Below the pieces are notes generated by a model that saw only the letters and a list, made by a program, of their open reading frames with translations, ran no database searches and was not told where the DNA came from. A program made the translations under genes and the position numbers. Of a stretch of 64,000 nucleotides of DNA, positions 51,530 to 59,799 are shown piece after piece; within the stretch, counting starts at the first letter, position 1; every line of letters begins with the position of its first letter. Origin of the DNA: a virus; IMG/VR virus record IMGVR_UViG_3300022774_000002. One strand, given 5' to 3'.

Positions 51530-52994
51530 TTATGTTGATGTAACGCGTTTGATTGTTCGTGCGAATCGTGTGCCGACACTGAGTGTGCCTTCTATTGTTA
51601 ATCTTTATGAAGGTCAGAACACGATTTTTGATGTGCAGGTCAACACAGGGTATCCGGCTGCGACAAGTTTGACGTATCAGCTTCGGAATGCGAGTAACCA
51701 GGTTGTTAGTGAAGGGGGTTCTAATCCTGACATAACTGTGATAGATGACTTTGCGGGACCACCACCTTTAGGAGCGAATCAATATGCCTCGTTGACACAT
51801 CGAGTGACAGCTCCGACATTGCCGGGCAGTAGTCCGAACTATGTGGATTGGTTGCTTGTTTTCACGATTACGTCAACAGAGGGAACAGCGCGTGGGACAG
51901 TTCGTATCCGTGTGAATCAATCGGTAGCAGCGACGATAAGTATAGCGGGGAATCATAGTGCTTATGAAATGACGAATTTCCAAGTGCCGATTATGTATAA
52001 TGCGGGTTCTCCTGTTGCGACGCAGATTCGTCATTCGTTTCACAACTCGCTATCTGATGCGCGTGCGGATAGAAATCCTCGAACTTCGGGACGACCAAAT
52101 GTGAACGTATCCCCGACGAGTAGTGAACTTTCTGCCTTATCGAGCCAATCGATACGTGAGCGTTCGGGAAGTATATCGTATGGTTCAGCTTTACCAGCCG
52201 TGAGTCAAGATACTCGATGGTATGGTCGTGTAGAGATTGTCCAAAATGGTTCTGTTGTTGATTTTGATACCTACACACTCTTGATCCGCAATGCTGTTGC
52301 TCCGAGTATTTCAATCGGTAGCGGTTCTGGTATAGAGGGGACGCGTGGGGTTACCAATGTCTATTATGTTTCGGGAGCACCTTTTGCGACTCGGTTTGAG
52401 CTTGTCGGTTTTTATAACTCTCAATCGGATGCTCAAAACAATAGAAATAGGTTAACAACAGCCAATGGTATACCGAGCAATATAGTTTGGGATCCGGCAT
52501 CGCCACAGCAGCTGACGGGTAACTTGAACGGTTTTTTACGATTTACATTGCCGTATGTGAATGCGGACAAGCGTATATGGGGTTTGGCACGGATTTCTCG
52601 TCGTAATCTTGCGGATACGGGATGGGAACATTGGCAAGGCACTTTTTATATCGACATTCTCAATCGTGTTCCAGCCACTATTGATGTTCAGGAAGTGACG
52701 ACGATGGATGAAGAGGATACGATGATGATCACGGGGGAGTATACCCGTGGCGTTCCGCCTGCTCGTGGTTTTGGAGTTAGTATCCATGACACACAAGCGG
52801 ATGCCAACGCCAACCGCAATCCAGTAATGGATAGCCATGATCCGCGTATCACGCTTTCAGCCTATGATAATACGGGGAGTTATACGGCGACGAAGCAGTT
52901 TACGATAACGATCAACACGCCGGACATTAGTGCGGATCGTTCGTGGTATCCTCGTTATTACATGGATCAAGACACGATTACACCGGATCCGTAG
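51522..52994 (+). CDS. tail-module protein built of four tandem about 120-aa repeats
   Basis: Each repeat starts V(P/A)(T/A/P)(L/T/S)I... and ends in a Q/S-D-A-x-x-(D/N)RN motif (SDARADRNPR, SDAQNNRNRL, ADANANRNPV). Starts MPDYVDVTRL. Confidence 0.65.
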   Translation: MPDYVDVTRLIVRANRVPTLSVPSIVNLYEGQNTIFDVQVNTGYPAATSLTYQLRNASNQVVSEGGSNPDITVIDDFAGPPPLGANQYASLTHRVTAPTLPGSSPNYVDWLLVFTITSTEGTARGTVRIRVNQSVAATISIAGNHSAYEMTNFQVPIMYNAGSPVATQIRHSFHNSLSDARADRNPRTSGRPNVNVSPTSSELSALSSQSIRERSGSISYGSALPAVSQDTRWYGRVEIVQNGSVVDFDTYTLLIRNAVAPSISIGSGSGIEGTRGVTNVYYVSGAPFATRFELVGFYNSQSDAQNNRNRLTTANGIPSNIVWDPASPQQLTGNLNGFLRFTLPYVNADKRIWGLARISRRNLADTGWEHWQGTFYIDILNRVPATIDVQEVTTMDEEDTMMITGEYTRGVPPARGFGVSIHDTQADANANRNPVMDSHDPRITLSAYDNTGSYTATKQFTITINTPDISADRSWYPRYYMDQDTITPDP

Positions 52995-52995
52995 T

Positions 52996-54042
52996 ATGCC
53001 AGACTACTATGATGTGACGCGTCTTGATGTAACAGCCATAATAGAGGATGTTCCGATTGTATGGTCGGAGCTGCCGCATTTGACGTGGGAGGATGGCAAT
53101 CGTCGGCGTGTGCGGTTGAAGGGTTATATCAATGCCCCTGTAGGAGAGGCGAGATTTGCGTTGCATCCTGACTACACATTACCGGATGGCTGGAGATTAC
53201 GGAGCAACGGAAACTTGCTTTACAATCCGGTTTTGGGTCAGACGGTGGAATTGCGTTTCAATGCGACGCGTGGGAGTGAGTCAGCTTATTCAGGTGTTCT
53301 TCGTATTACACGGCATCAGGCATTTGTATCTCAACTGATTCCGGACAGGATCAATATCGGACTGGAGTTTAACAATGCGACGCAGCGTGTTTATGTTTAC
53401 AACACAACGACACAAGAAACGGTAGATGAGGTTGGACATGTTCAAGATTTCGTCACATTTTTTGATATTGATGGCAACGAACAGGTCTCTGAATCTTTGG
53501 AGTTGTCACTGAACATTCCGCTTCGAGCATCATGTATCGGTTTTGATGGCACGCATATCTGGATTGGTGGCAAAGATACAGGATTTTACACGGGTACTGG
53601 TGGACTTTGGAAATATACGACATCCGGGACCCGTGTGGCACAGTATACGTATACGAACGGAAAATTGGAGGGACTTGCTTATGATGGCACCTATATGTGG
53701 GGTTTAGATTTATCAAATGCGACGTTGCGTGCTTTTACTTTGTTAGGTGTTGAGCAGACAGACCTTACTATTCAATTGCCGCGATCGGGGAATGATAGAT
53801 TTCATTTTAGTGATGCGATGTATGGGATTGGTTTTGGTGATGGACATTTTTGGATAGTTCAGTCTTATCCGGATTGGAAAATAAGGTGTGTGTCAAATGC
53901 GGGTGTTCTTGTTACGAGCAGAGATATAGTTATAGAACCGGGTTGTGCGGGAGCTGCTTATAATCCGACGACTCGGAATTTATGGTATATCCTTGATAGG
54001 GACAATCCAAGAAGGGGTATTTTGCGGGCGACTCGAATATAG
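52996..54042 (+). CDS. tail-module protein with propeller-like repeats
   Basis: Start moved to the ATG at 52996, 2 nt after the upstream stop. The N-terminus MPDYYDVTRL is paralogous to 51522. Recurrent DG(T/H)(H/Y/F)(I/M/W)W motifs: FDGTHIWIGG, YDGTYMWGLD, GDGHFWIVQ. Confidence 0.65.
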   Translation: MPDYYDVTRLDVTAIIEDVPIVWSELPHLTWEDGNRRRVRLKGYINAPVGEARFALHPDYTLPDGWRLRSNGNLLYNPVLGQTVELRFNATRGSESAYSGVLRITRHQAFVSQLIPDRINIGLEFNNATQRVYVYNTTTQETVDEVGHVQDFVTFFDIDGNEQVSESLELSLNIPLRASCIGFDGTHIWIGGKDTGFYTGTGGLWKYTTSGTRVAQYTYTNGKLEGLAYDGTYMWGLDLSNATLRAFTLLGVEQTDLTIQLPRSGNDRFHFSDAMYGIGFGDGHFWIVQSYPDWKIRCVSNAGVLVTSRDIVIEPGCAGAAYNPTTRNLWYILDRDNPRRGILRATRI

Positions 54043-54088
54043 TTTTATTTTATACCAAACGAAAATCATAATTCGAAAGGAGCACGAA

Positions 54089-54730
54089 ATGATTAATTAT
54101 TTTAGAAGAAAACAACTCAAAAATAGATTACAAGCAGTATTTTATGACCGACCAACAACCCGTAAATCAATCCTGTTATTCCTCGTCTTAATGATCACAG
54201 GATTTGTGTTAGGACTGGGACTGGTCATGGTGTTCTCACATACGTTACCTACCTATAACGCAACACTGACTCAAGGTGAAAAACAGGTCTATGATGGCGA
54301 TACACTCAAAGATGTGCGTATTCAAATATTTCATTACGCAGATAAGATTCCGAAAGAACCTGTAGAGATATTCCCACAAATATGGCTAACGCCTTCTGGT
54401 ATTGAACTTGAAACAGACATCCGTATCGCCGGTATCGATACACCAGAGAAACGACCATCAACGAAAAATGCTGATGGCACAAAAAGATCCGAAGAAAGCC
54501 GTAAACGTGAGAAAGCTGCCGCACTCGCAGCACAACAATCATTAAACGAATTACTTGCAAAATCTAAATATGTATTTGATGTAATTAACCCTAAACTTGG
54601 CAAATACGCAGGACGGACTGTCGCAAACGTGGTATCAGGTGAAACAGATGTTGCCACCTACCTGATAGATCAAGGACATGCCAAAATATATGACGGTGGC
54701 ACAAAACCCTTATGGGATTTTGGAGATTAG
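54089..54730 (+). CDS. membrane-anchored staphylococcal-nuclease (SNase/thermonuclease)-like protein
   Basis: Start moved to the ATG at 54089 (AAGGAG SD). N-terminal TM SILLFLVLMITGFVLGLGLVMVF. SNase pattern: YDGDTLKDV, IRIAGIDTPEKRPS, GKYAGRTVANV, LIDQGHAKIY. Confidence 0.75.
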   Translation: MINYFRRKQLKNRLQAVFYDRPTTRKSILLFLVLMITGFVLGLGLVMVFSHTLPTYNATLTQGEKQVYDGDTLKDVRIQIFHYADKIPKEPVEIFPQIWLTPSGIELETDIRIAGIDTPEKRPSTKNADGTKRSEESRKREKAAALAAQQSLNELLAKSKYVFDVINPKLGKYAGRTVANVVSGETDVATYLIDQGHAKIYDGGTKPLWDFGD

Positions 54731-54736
54731 CGAATT

Positions 54737-55492
54737 ATGAGTTTTCTCAAAAAACTAAAACACAAGGTGAAACACGTAGCAAACAACGCTGTGCATACTG
54801 TTCAACATACTGCCTCACAAGTTGAGCACGTAGCTGAACACACAGCGAAACAAACTGCCCAAAATGTTGCACAAAGTGTAGAATCAGCGGCTGATGCCGC
54901 GCTAAAGGAGTTAAACATCGTGGAAAATGTTGTAGAAAAAGCTTTTCATGAAGTTGAGAAGAAGGTAGAGCATCTCGCAGATGACGTAAAGTCTGAAGTT
55001 TTACAAGTCGCATCAGATGCAAAGAAAGAGATAAATGAACTACTTGACGAAGCGAAGCAGGACATCGTGAAATACGCTAAACAGGTGATTGACGATGTTC
55101 ACAAAGGATTTGGCAAGTTAGAGCATGCGTTTGAAGCAGTTTCTATTCAGAAAGCAATCCGTACCAGTCTAAAAGCAGCAAAGAAATATCCTGTCTATCC
55201 TAACGAAATAGATTTAGAACTACCGGGTGGTATTACCTTTGCATGGGGGGACATTCCCGATAAAATCGGCGTGCTTGAAGAATACGCAAACAATCCACCG
55301 CACGGTCGCGATCAAATCATGGAATTCATTGAGGCACTCGCTCCGAATTCTATCACAGTGCAAGAAACGATAGAAATAGAGCTGCTCGTCATCAGTTCGA
55401 GTGCCCTTGAGTTTGGTCCCAGTGTTATTTACACAAACGATCAAGTGGATGCAGTGCTGAAACAGATATTAGACGCTGCTGGCGTTCATTAG
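54737..55492 (+). CDS. hypothetical protein with amphipathic His/Lys-rich helical N-region
   Basis: 251 aa. The N-terminal KHKVKHVANNAVHTVQHTASQVEHVAEHTAKQTAQ repeats lead into a compact C-terminal domain. Confidence 0.6.
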   Translation: MSFLKKLKHKVKHVANNAVHTVQHTASQVEHVAEHTAKQTAQNVAQSVESAADAALKELNIVENVVEKAFHEVEKKVEHLADDVKSEVLQVASDAKKEINELLDEAKQDIVKYAKQVIDDVHKGFGKLEHAFEAVSIQKAIRTSLKAAKKYPVYPNEIDLELPGGITFAWGDIPDKIGVLEEYANNPPHGRDQIMEFIEALAPNSITVQETIEIELLVISSSALEFGPSVIYTNDQVDAVLKQILDAAGVH

Positions 55493-55498
55493 ATGAAC

Positions 55499-55924
55499 TC
55501 AAGTGAGTCGGAATATATTTCGAAGTGTCCATCGTTTTTTATTCTCTTTGGGTGCGGGTAGTATCCGGAGTGTCTTTTGTTGTTCAACAGCGAGCATTTC
55601 CATCAAGTTTTGTTCACGTTCGCGTGCGACAGACACTTCTGTTTCAAGACGTTCAATCTGGGATTTCAGCAATGAGACGATCTCAGGGTCATTTTCAGAA
55701 GGTATTGAATGTGTTTGATTCTGTTTAGAATTGTTCAAATTGGGTGTCCCGTTTTGTTCCGCTTTCAACGCACCATAGACACGTTGTAGTTCAGCAGGGT
55801 CAATCCGTTTTCGTCCTTTTGCGTCAATATCGCAAGAAAGAGTACCTTTTGAGATGTCTGCATAGAGTGTTGTTTTAGAAACATCAACGAGTTTCAAAGC
55901 TTCCGTTACCGTTATTTTTGTCAT
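55499..55924 (-). CDS. excisionase/MerR-type HTH protein with coiled-coil tail
   Basis: Start moved to the ATG at 55924. MTKITVTEALKLVDVSKTTLYADISKGTLS is HTH_17/AlpA-like. The C-terminus is helical. The only minus-strand gene between the tail and lysis modules. Confidence 0.6.
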   Translation of the reverse strand: MTKITVTEALKLVDVSKTTLYADISKGTLSCDIDAKGRKRIDPAELQRVYGALKAEQNGTPNLNNSKQNQTHSIPSENDPEIVSLLKSQIERLETEVSVAREREQNLMEMLAVEQQKTLRILPAPKENKKRWTLRNIFRLT

Positions 55925-56237
55925 ACAGAGTTGTCCTATGTTGTTTATGTTTGTCAAAAATAACGGAAATAATCGGAATTGGATACACATGAAACTCTCA
56001 TAGAAAGGAAAACAATAATGTTCTATAGAAATCTGGTGACCAGACTCACATACAATCATTAGCTACATTGAAACAAAGTATCCTGGTATGTTTGCACCCG
56101 TCTTTGAGACGGTGCATCCTCACACAACCCTTTCAACAAAAGCATTTATCTCTGTGCTGGATAGCCTTATCACAGACACAGATATGATCGATTTCTTTAC
56201 AAATCTTAAGTTTGTCAACCTATAAAGGAGGAACCAG

Positions 56238-56618
56238 ATGAATATCGAACAGAGAAACATAGTACATTTATTATTCAATACAAACGGACGGATCGGTAGA
56301 AGCCGTTGGTGGCTTGGCAATCTGCTTGCGGTTCTGATAGCTGCCCTACTGTCTTTTATTTTTCACTTTAGTATACCACACCAACTCACATGGAAAATGT
56401 TTAGTCTACACAATCTAACAATAGGATCTGTAATTGGTATCACCTGTTTTTGGATGCATATTGCCTTGAACACAAAGAGATGGCATGACCTCAACAGGGA
56501 AGGCTATTACACGATTTTGAATTATATACCTGTGATCGGTTTTTTAATCTCAATAATCGTTTTAGGCTTTTTCGAAGGTGATAAGCATGAAAACGCCTAC
56601 GGAGCACGCGCCCCATAA
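56238..56618 (+). CDS. DUF805-family inner-membrane protein
   Basis: AAGGAGG SD. NGRIGRSRWW near the N-terminus, then TM segments and KRWHDLNREGYYTILNYIPVIGFLISIIVLGFFEGDKHENAYG, which matches the DUF805 hallmark. Confidence 0.75.
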   Translation: MNIEQRNIVHLLFNTNGRIGRSRWWLGNLLAVLIAALLSFIFHFSIPHQLTWKMFSLHNLTIGSVIGITCFWMHIALNTKRWHDLNREGYYTILNYIPVIGFLISIIVLGFFEGDKHENAYGARAP

Positions 56619-56619
56619 A

Positions 56620-56844
56620 ATGGGTTGCGTTCATCGTATTGTTCAAAACCCGTATTTACAATTTTCTGTAGGCTTGATCTTATTATTGACAACACTCTTT
56701 GATGGTCTATTTCTAAAATTCCATCACAGTATAATACTATTAGCATTGTGGCACATGGCACAGCTGATCCCAAACATTTTACAAACATTGGGAAACATAT
56801 TTGACGCATTTGAAAAGATTTTACAACGAAAAAGGAGATCATAA
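56620..56844 (+). CDS. holin-like small membrane protein (two TM segments plus basic C-terminus)
   Basis: ATG at 56620, 2 nt after the upstream stop. FSVGLILLLTTLFDGLFL and SIILLALWHMAQLIPNIL are hydrophobic. The tail is QRKRRS. Function inferred from topology and position. Confidence 0.5.
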   Translation: MGCVHRIVQNPYLQFSVGLILLLTTLFDGLFLKFHHSIILLALWHMAQLIPNILQTLGNIFDAFEKILQRKRRS

Positions 56845-57024
56845 ATGTTTGGAACACTTTTACTCGGTTTGAAACTACTTCACAAGGCTGCTCAGATGAT
56901 CCTTGATCTTCACAATAAAGGTGTGGATACAGCGATCATAGATGAGGTGAACAACTTTATACAAGAGTTGCATGATCTTGTTGATGACCATCATGCCAAA
57001 CATGTCCGATCTCATCAAGATTAG
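56845..57024 (+). CDS. small protein (59 aa), below the ORF-track cutoff; paralog of the C-terminal part of 57079..57387
   Basis: AAAGGAG SD. Hand translation gives MFGTLLLGLKLLHKAAQMILDLHNKGVDTAIIDEVNNFIQELHDLVDDHHAKHVRSHQD. It aligns with KAGVDKEVLLTIQDAMHKVHDIAQKEHQKHVQRE. Confidence 0.5.
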   Translation: MFGTLLLGLKLLHKAAQMILDLHNKGVDTAIIDEVNNFIQELHDLVDDHHAKHVRSHQD

Positions 57025-57078
57025 AACTTATGGGCAGTGTCGTCTACTCCACTGCCCGCCAACTTATAGGAGACAACA

Positions 57079-57387
57079 ATGAAAACGATTTCACTCACTT
57101 TATTTCTGATATTCTTAGGCGTAATCATTCTCTGCCTATCACTGCTGAATGGTTGTGCGGGTGTTATTGCTGTAGAACAAAAAGTCGCTGACGAAATCAC
57201 TGCGATAGATGACAAGACGCATTCGATATTGGGGATTGTCACCACATCCGGTCAAGTGCTTCATTTTGTATCTGAATTACATAAAGCCGGTGTCGACAAA
57301 GAAGTCTTGTTAACAATACAAGATGCCATGCATAAGGTACATGATATTGCCCAAAAAGAACATCAAAAACATGTCCAGCGTGAATGA
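57079..57387 (+). CDS. putative lipoprotein (lipobox-like LLNGC), spanin-like position
   Basis: MKTISLTLFLIFLGVIILCLSLLNGCAG. Stop overlaps the endolysin start (ATGA). Confidence 0.55.
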   Translation: MKTISLTLFLIFLGVIILCLSLLNGCAGVIAVEQKVADEITAIDDKTHSILGIVTTSGQVLHFVSELHKAGVDKEVLLTIQDAMHKVHDIAQKEHQKHVQRE

Positions 57388-58217
57388 AAATGAATAAGAT
57401 TCACTGGCAAGAACCATCAAGGTATAAAACAATGATTAAGAAAATATTACCATATTCACTGCAGATCTTATGGGTAATCACCATTATCGCTGTGTTGGTA
57501 TATGTCGTCACATGGGATGTTCGTATTGAAAATAAAATCAAAAGTATTGAGACGCAACCAGCACCTGCAATAGATGCACCGATACCAACTGAACCGAATC
57601 CGCATATTAAACATATCAATATGTTGGAAAATAGGTCGGGTATGCCTCTATCTCGAATAGCAAAGTTAATAATTGCTGAAGAAGGTGTCCAACCAGAACC
57701 GTATCTCGATTCAGAAGGAATTGTGACCATCGGAATCGGTCGGTCACTCCAAACAAACGGTGTCACAACAGCAGAACTCCGCGCAATTGTCCCAAACCTT
57801 GATTATGATCTGTTGATTGAATCAGCGACTATCCAACAAGGACGCATCAAGATCAGTTCTATTGAATCCGCAAAACAGATATTTACCAAACCCCTAACCG
57901 AACACGATATGCACCTCCTGTTAGCAGATGATCTGAAGTCTGTTCTAACAGACGCAGTGCGTGTGTTCGGTAGCGATTGGCATAAAATAGATACAGTCCG
58001 ACAAGAAGCAATCTTGGACATTATTTACAACTTAGGCTTGCCCCACTTCAAAGGGTTTGTGAAATTCATTGACGCTGTCAAAAAACAGGACTGGAAAAAG
58101 GCTGCCAGTGAGTTATTGTTATCAGAAGCAGCACGAAAAAACTATTCGCGCTATAACCATGTATCACTGGTGATAGACACCGGTGATGAAAAGTATTTCA
58201 ATCTGAAAGGAGAATAA
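57384..58217 (+). CDS. GH24 (T4-type) lysozyme/endolysin with N-terminal transmembrane anchor
   Basis: EEGVQPEPYLDSEGIVTIGIGR reproduces the T4 lysozyme E-x8-D-x5-T catalytic spacing (about 57674-57743). N-terminal TM ILPYSLQILWVITIIAVLVYVVTW. Confidence 0.85.
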   Translation: MKMNKIHWQEPSRYKTMIKKILPYSLQILWVITIIAVLVYVVTWDVRIENKIKSIETQPAPAIDAPIPTEPNPHIKHINMLENRSGMPLSRIAKLIIAEEGVQPEPYLDSEGIVTIGIGRSLQTNGVTTAELRAIVPNLDYDLLIESATIQQGRIKISSIESAKQIFTKPLTEHDMHLLLADDLKSVLTDAVRVFGSDWHKIDTVRQEAILDIIYNLGLPHFKGFVKFIDAVKKQDWKKAASELLLSEAARKNYSRYNHVSLVIDTGDEKYFNLKGE

Positions 58218-58220
58218 AAG

Positions 58221-58451
58221 ATGGGTATTTTAGACAAAATTACACATCATCATAACGATGAAAAAAACGCTGTAGAGGACGCATTACCCACACAGAAACT
58301 CAGGGTATCGCTTGAGAGAAGAATTCATAACGCACAGAAACTTATCACCGAAGAAGTGCCGGAGACAGAGAAGAAACACAACGCACTCGCAAAACTACAC
58401 GATTTCAGAATCGCTTGTGAAGATATGCTAAACGAGATGACAGTTGAATAG
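58221..58451 (+). CDS. hypothetical helical protein
   Basis: 76 aa, starting 4 nt after the endolysin stop. Confidence 0.5.
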   Translation: MGILDKITHHHNDEKNAVEDALPTQKLRVSLERRIHNAQKLITEEVPETEKKHNALAKLHDFRIACEDMLNEMTVE

Positions 58452-58453
58452 GT

Positions 58454-58476
58454 TAGGATGGGGTTTTCCCCACCTA
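58454..58476. terminator. hairpin between convergent genes (weak bidirectional terminator candidate)
   Basis: TAGGATGGGG-tttt-CCCCACCTA with one bulge. No clear U-tract on either side. Confidence 0.3.
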
Positions 58477-58479
58477 TCC

Positions 58480-58866
58480 CTAATCTTGTGAAGATTGGAT
58501 GCGACCGTTTTCTAAAATTTCGAGTCTTTGATTGATTATTTCTATCTGTTTTTCAAGAGAACCATTATTACGAGTCCGCCACAAGACAATAAGCTGTGGA
58601 ATACCGAATAATGCAACGATGATGACAATAAGCCCTGTGATTAATTTTTCAATGCCGTCAACACGCCCGTCTAACCGTGCAACACTCTCCTTTAGAGATA
58701 CAATGTCGGCTTTCATAGATGTGATTTCAGTTTTGATTGGCATAAGTTCTGCTTTGATTTCTTCTTTGATGATCAACCTAATTTGGTTGAGATCATCTTT
58801 ACTGAGTTCAGCCTGAGCTGATAGAACAATACTGAGTAGTAAGAGAGTGATTAAAAGATATTTCAT
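58480..58866 (-). CDS. secreted/membrane coiled-coil protein (signal peptide plus C-terminal TM)
   Basis: Start moved to the ATG at 58866 (AAGGAA SD). MKYLLITLLLLSIVLSAQA is signal-like, and ITGLIVIIVALFGIPQLIVLW is a TM. Confidence 0.6.
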   Translation of the reverse strand: MKYLLITLLLLSIVLSAQAELSKDDLNQIRLIIKEEIKAELMPIKTEITSMKADIVSLKESVARLDGRVDGIEKLITGLIVIIVALFGIPQLIVLWRTRNNGSLEKQIEIINQRLEILENGRIQSSQD

Positions 58867-59018
58867 TTTGTGTTCCTTATGGGTTCGCACTGTTATTATA
58901 CATTGTTATCCGATGTCAGTCGGTCTGGTAGGGACTACCTCGTGCGAGGTAGCTGACATTCCCCACCAACAATGCATTGATAAGTATATATCATCGTTTG
59001 GTATTTTACAATAAAATA

Positions 59019-59336
59019 ATGAACATTTTTGAAGTTGAACCAGACCAGACCAATGTGACGATAAAAGTAAAAACGCTTGGCGGCGAGTATCCTGAACTGG
59101 TGTATGTCCGCAGGATATATAAATACGCGATTTTTCGTGCAGCGAACTGGCGTAACTTTTGGCATATCTGGCATGGGAACAAAAGGAGACTCAAGCACCA
59201 TAAGTTAGAAGTGGTTAAAACCGATGGCAGATATGAGATTCATCTGCCACTCGGCTGGTATCATCATCAGCTGACAGAAAAAGCATTAGATCAACTTGGT
59301 GAAAAAAGAAAGAGAGATAGGTATGACGATATTTGA
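59019..59336 (+). CDS. hypothetical protein
   Basis: 105 aa from the ATG at 59019. No clear SD. Trp/His/Arg-rich. Confidence 0.45.
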   Translation: MNIFEVEPDQTNVTIKVKTLGGEYPELVYVRRIYKYAIFRAANWRNFWHIWHGNKRRLKHHKLEVVKTDGRYEIHLPLGWYHHQLTEKALDQLGEKRKRDRYDDI

Positions 59337-59799
59337 AGCACCCGATTTTGAAAGTTCTAAATCCTTGCCACCAAAGCTGCCTGTCATTGGAGAAAACGAC
59401 ACAGTGTTTGTAGACCTGTGCTTTGATTTCGATGGCGTGATTCATAGCTATAAATCAGGATGGCAAGGTGCGGATGTTATTACCGATCCACCTGTGCCAA
59501 ACGCAATGGCAGCGCTGCGGTATTATGTTAAGCATTTTAGCATTGCGATCTATAGTGCGCGCAGTGGACAACCCGGTGGTATTGAGAAAATAAAATGGTT
59601 TGTCGGATACTGGAATCGTATCAAGGATTTGCATAACACAGAACAGGATTTAGACCTTGTAGAAGTTATCGCGTTTCCAAAACACAAACCTGCAGCCAAA
59701 GCCTACATTGATGATAGAGGTGTCCGCTTTGAAGGACAGTGGTTTCATTTAGATACATTGCGACAATTGATGGTGCCGTGGTATGGCGGGAATGCATGA
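59323..59799 (+). CDS. HAD-superfamily phosphatase-like protein
   Basis: VDLCFDFDGVIHSY carries the DxDx(T/V) motif I. 158 aa from the ATG at 59323. Confidence 0.6.
   Translation: MTIFEAPDFESSKSLPPKLPVIGENDTVFVDLCFDFDGVIHSYKSGWQGADVITDPPVPNAMAALRYYVKHFSIAIYSARSGQPGGIEKIKWFVGYWNRIKDLHNTEQDLDLVEVIAFPKHKPAAKAYIDDRGVRFEGQWFHLDTLRQLMVPWYGGNA

Noticed and set aside
52930-54088. The 5'-extended track starts at 52930 and 53945. The same issue affects 13866, 15453, 17883, 20862, 21671, 22102, 26096, 56059, 56578, 58890, 58977, 59296, 59739 and 60632.
   Set aside because: In each case a downstream ATG or GTG has a clear SD or overlaps the upstream stop. The extension would overlap the preceding gene substantially, so I used the shorter models.
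30358-55492. A tape-measure, tail-tube or sheath gene set (long-tailed morphology).
   Set aside because: No long helical tape-measure-like ORF is recognisable. The large late ORFs carry Ig/FN3/peptidase/propeller-type modules instead. Absence by eye is not proof, so morphology is left unassigned.
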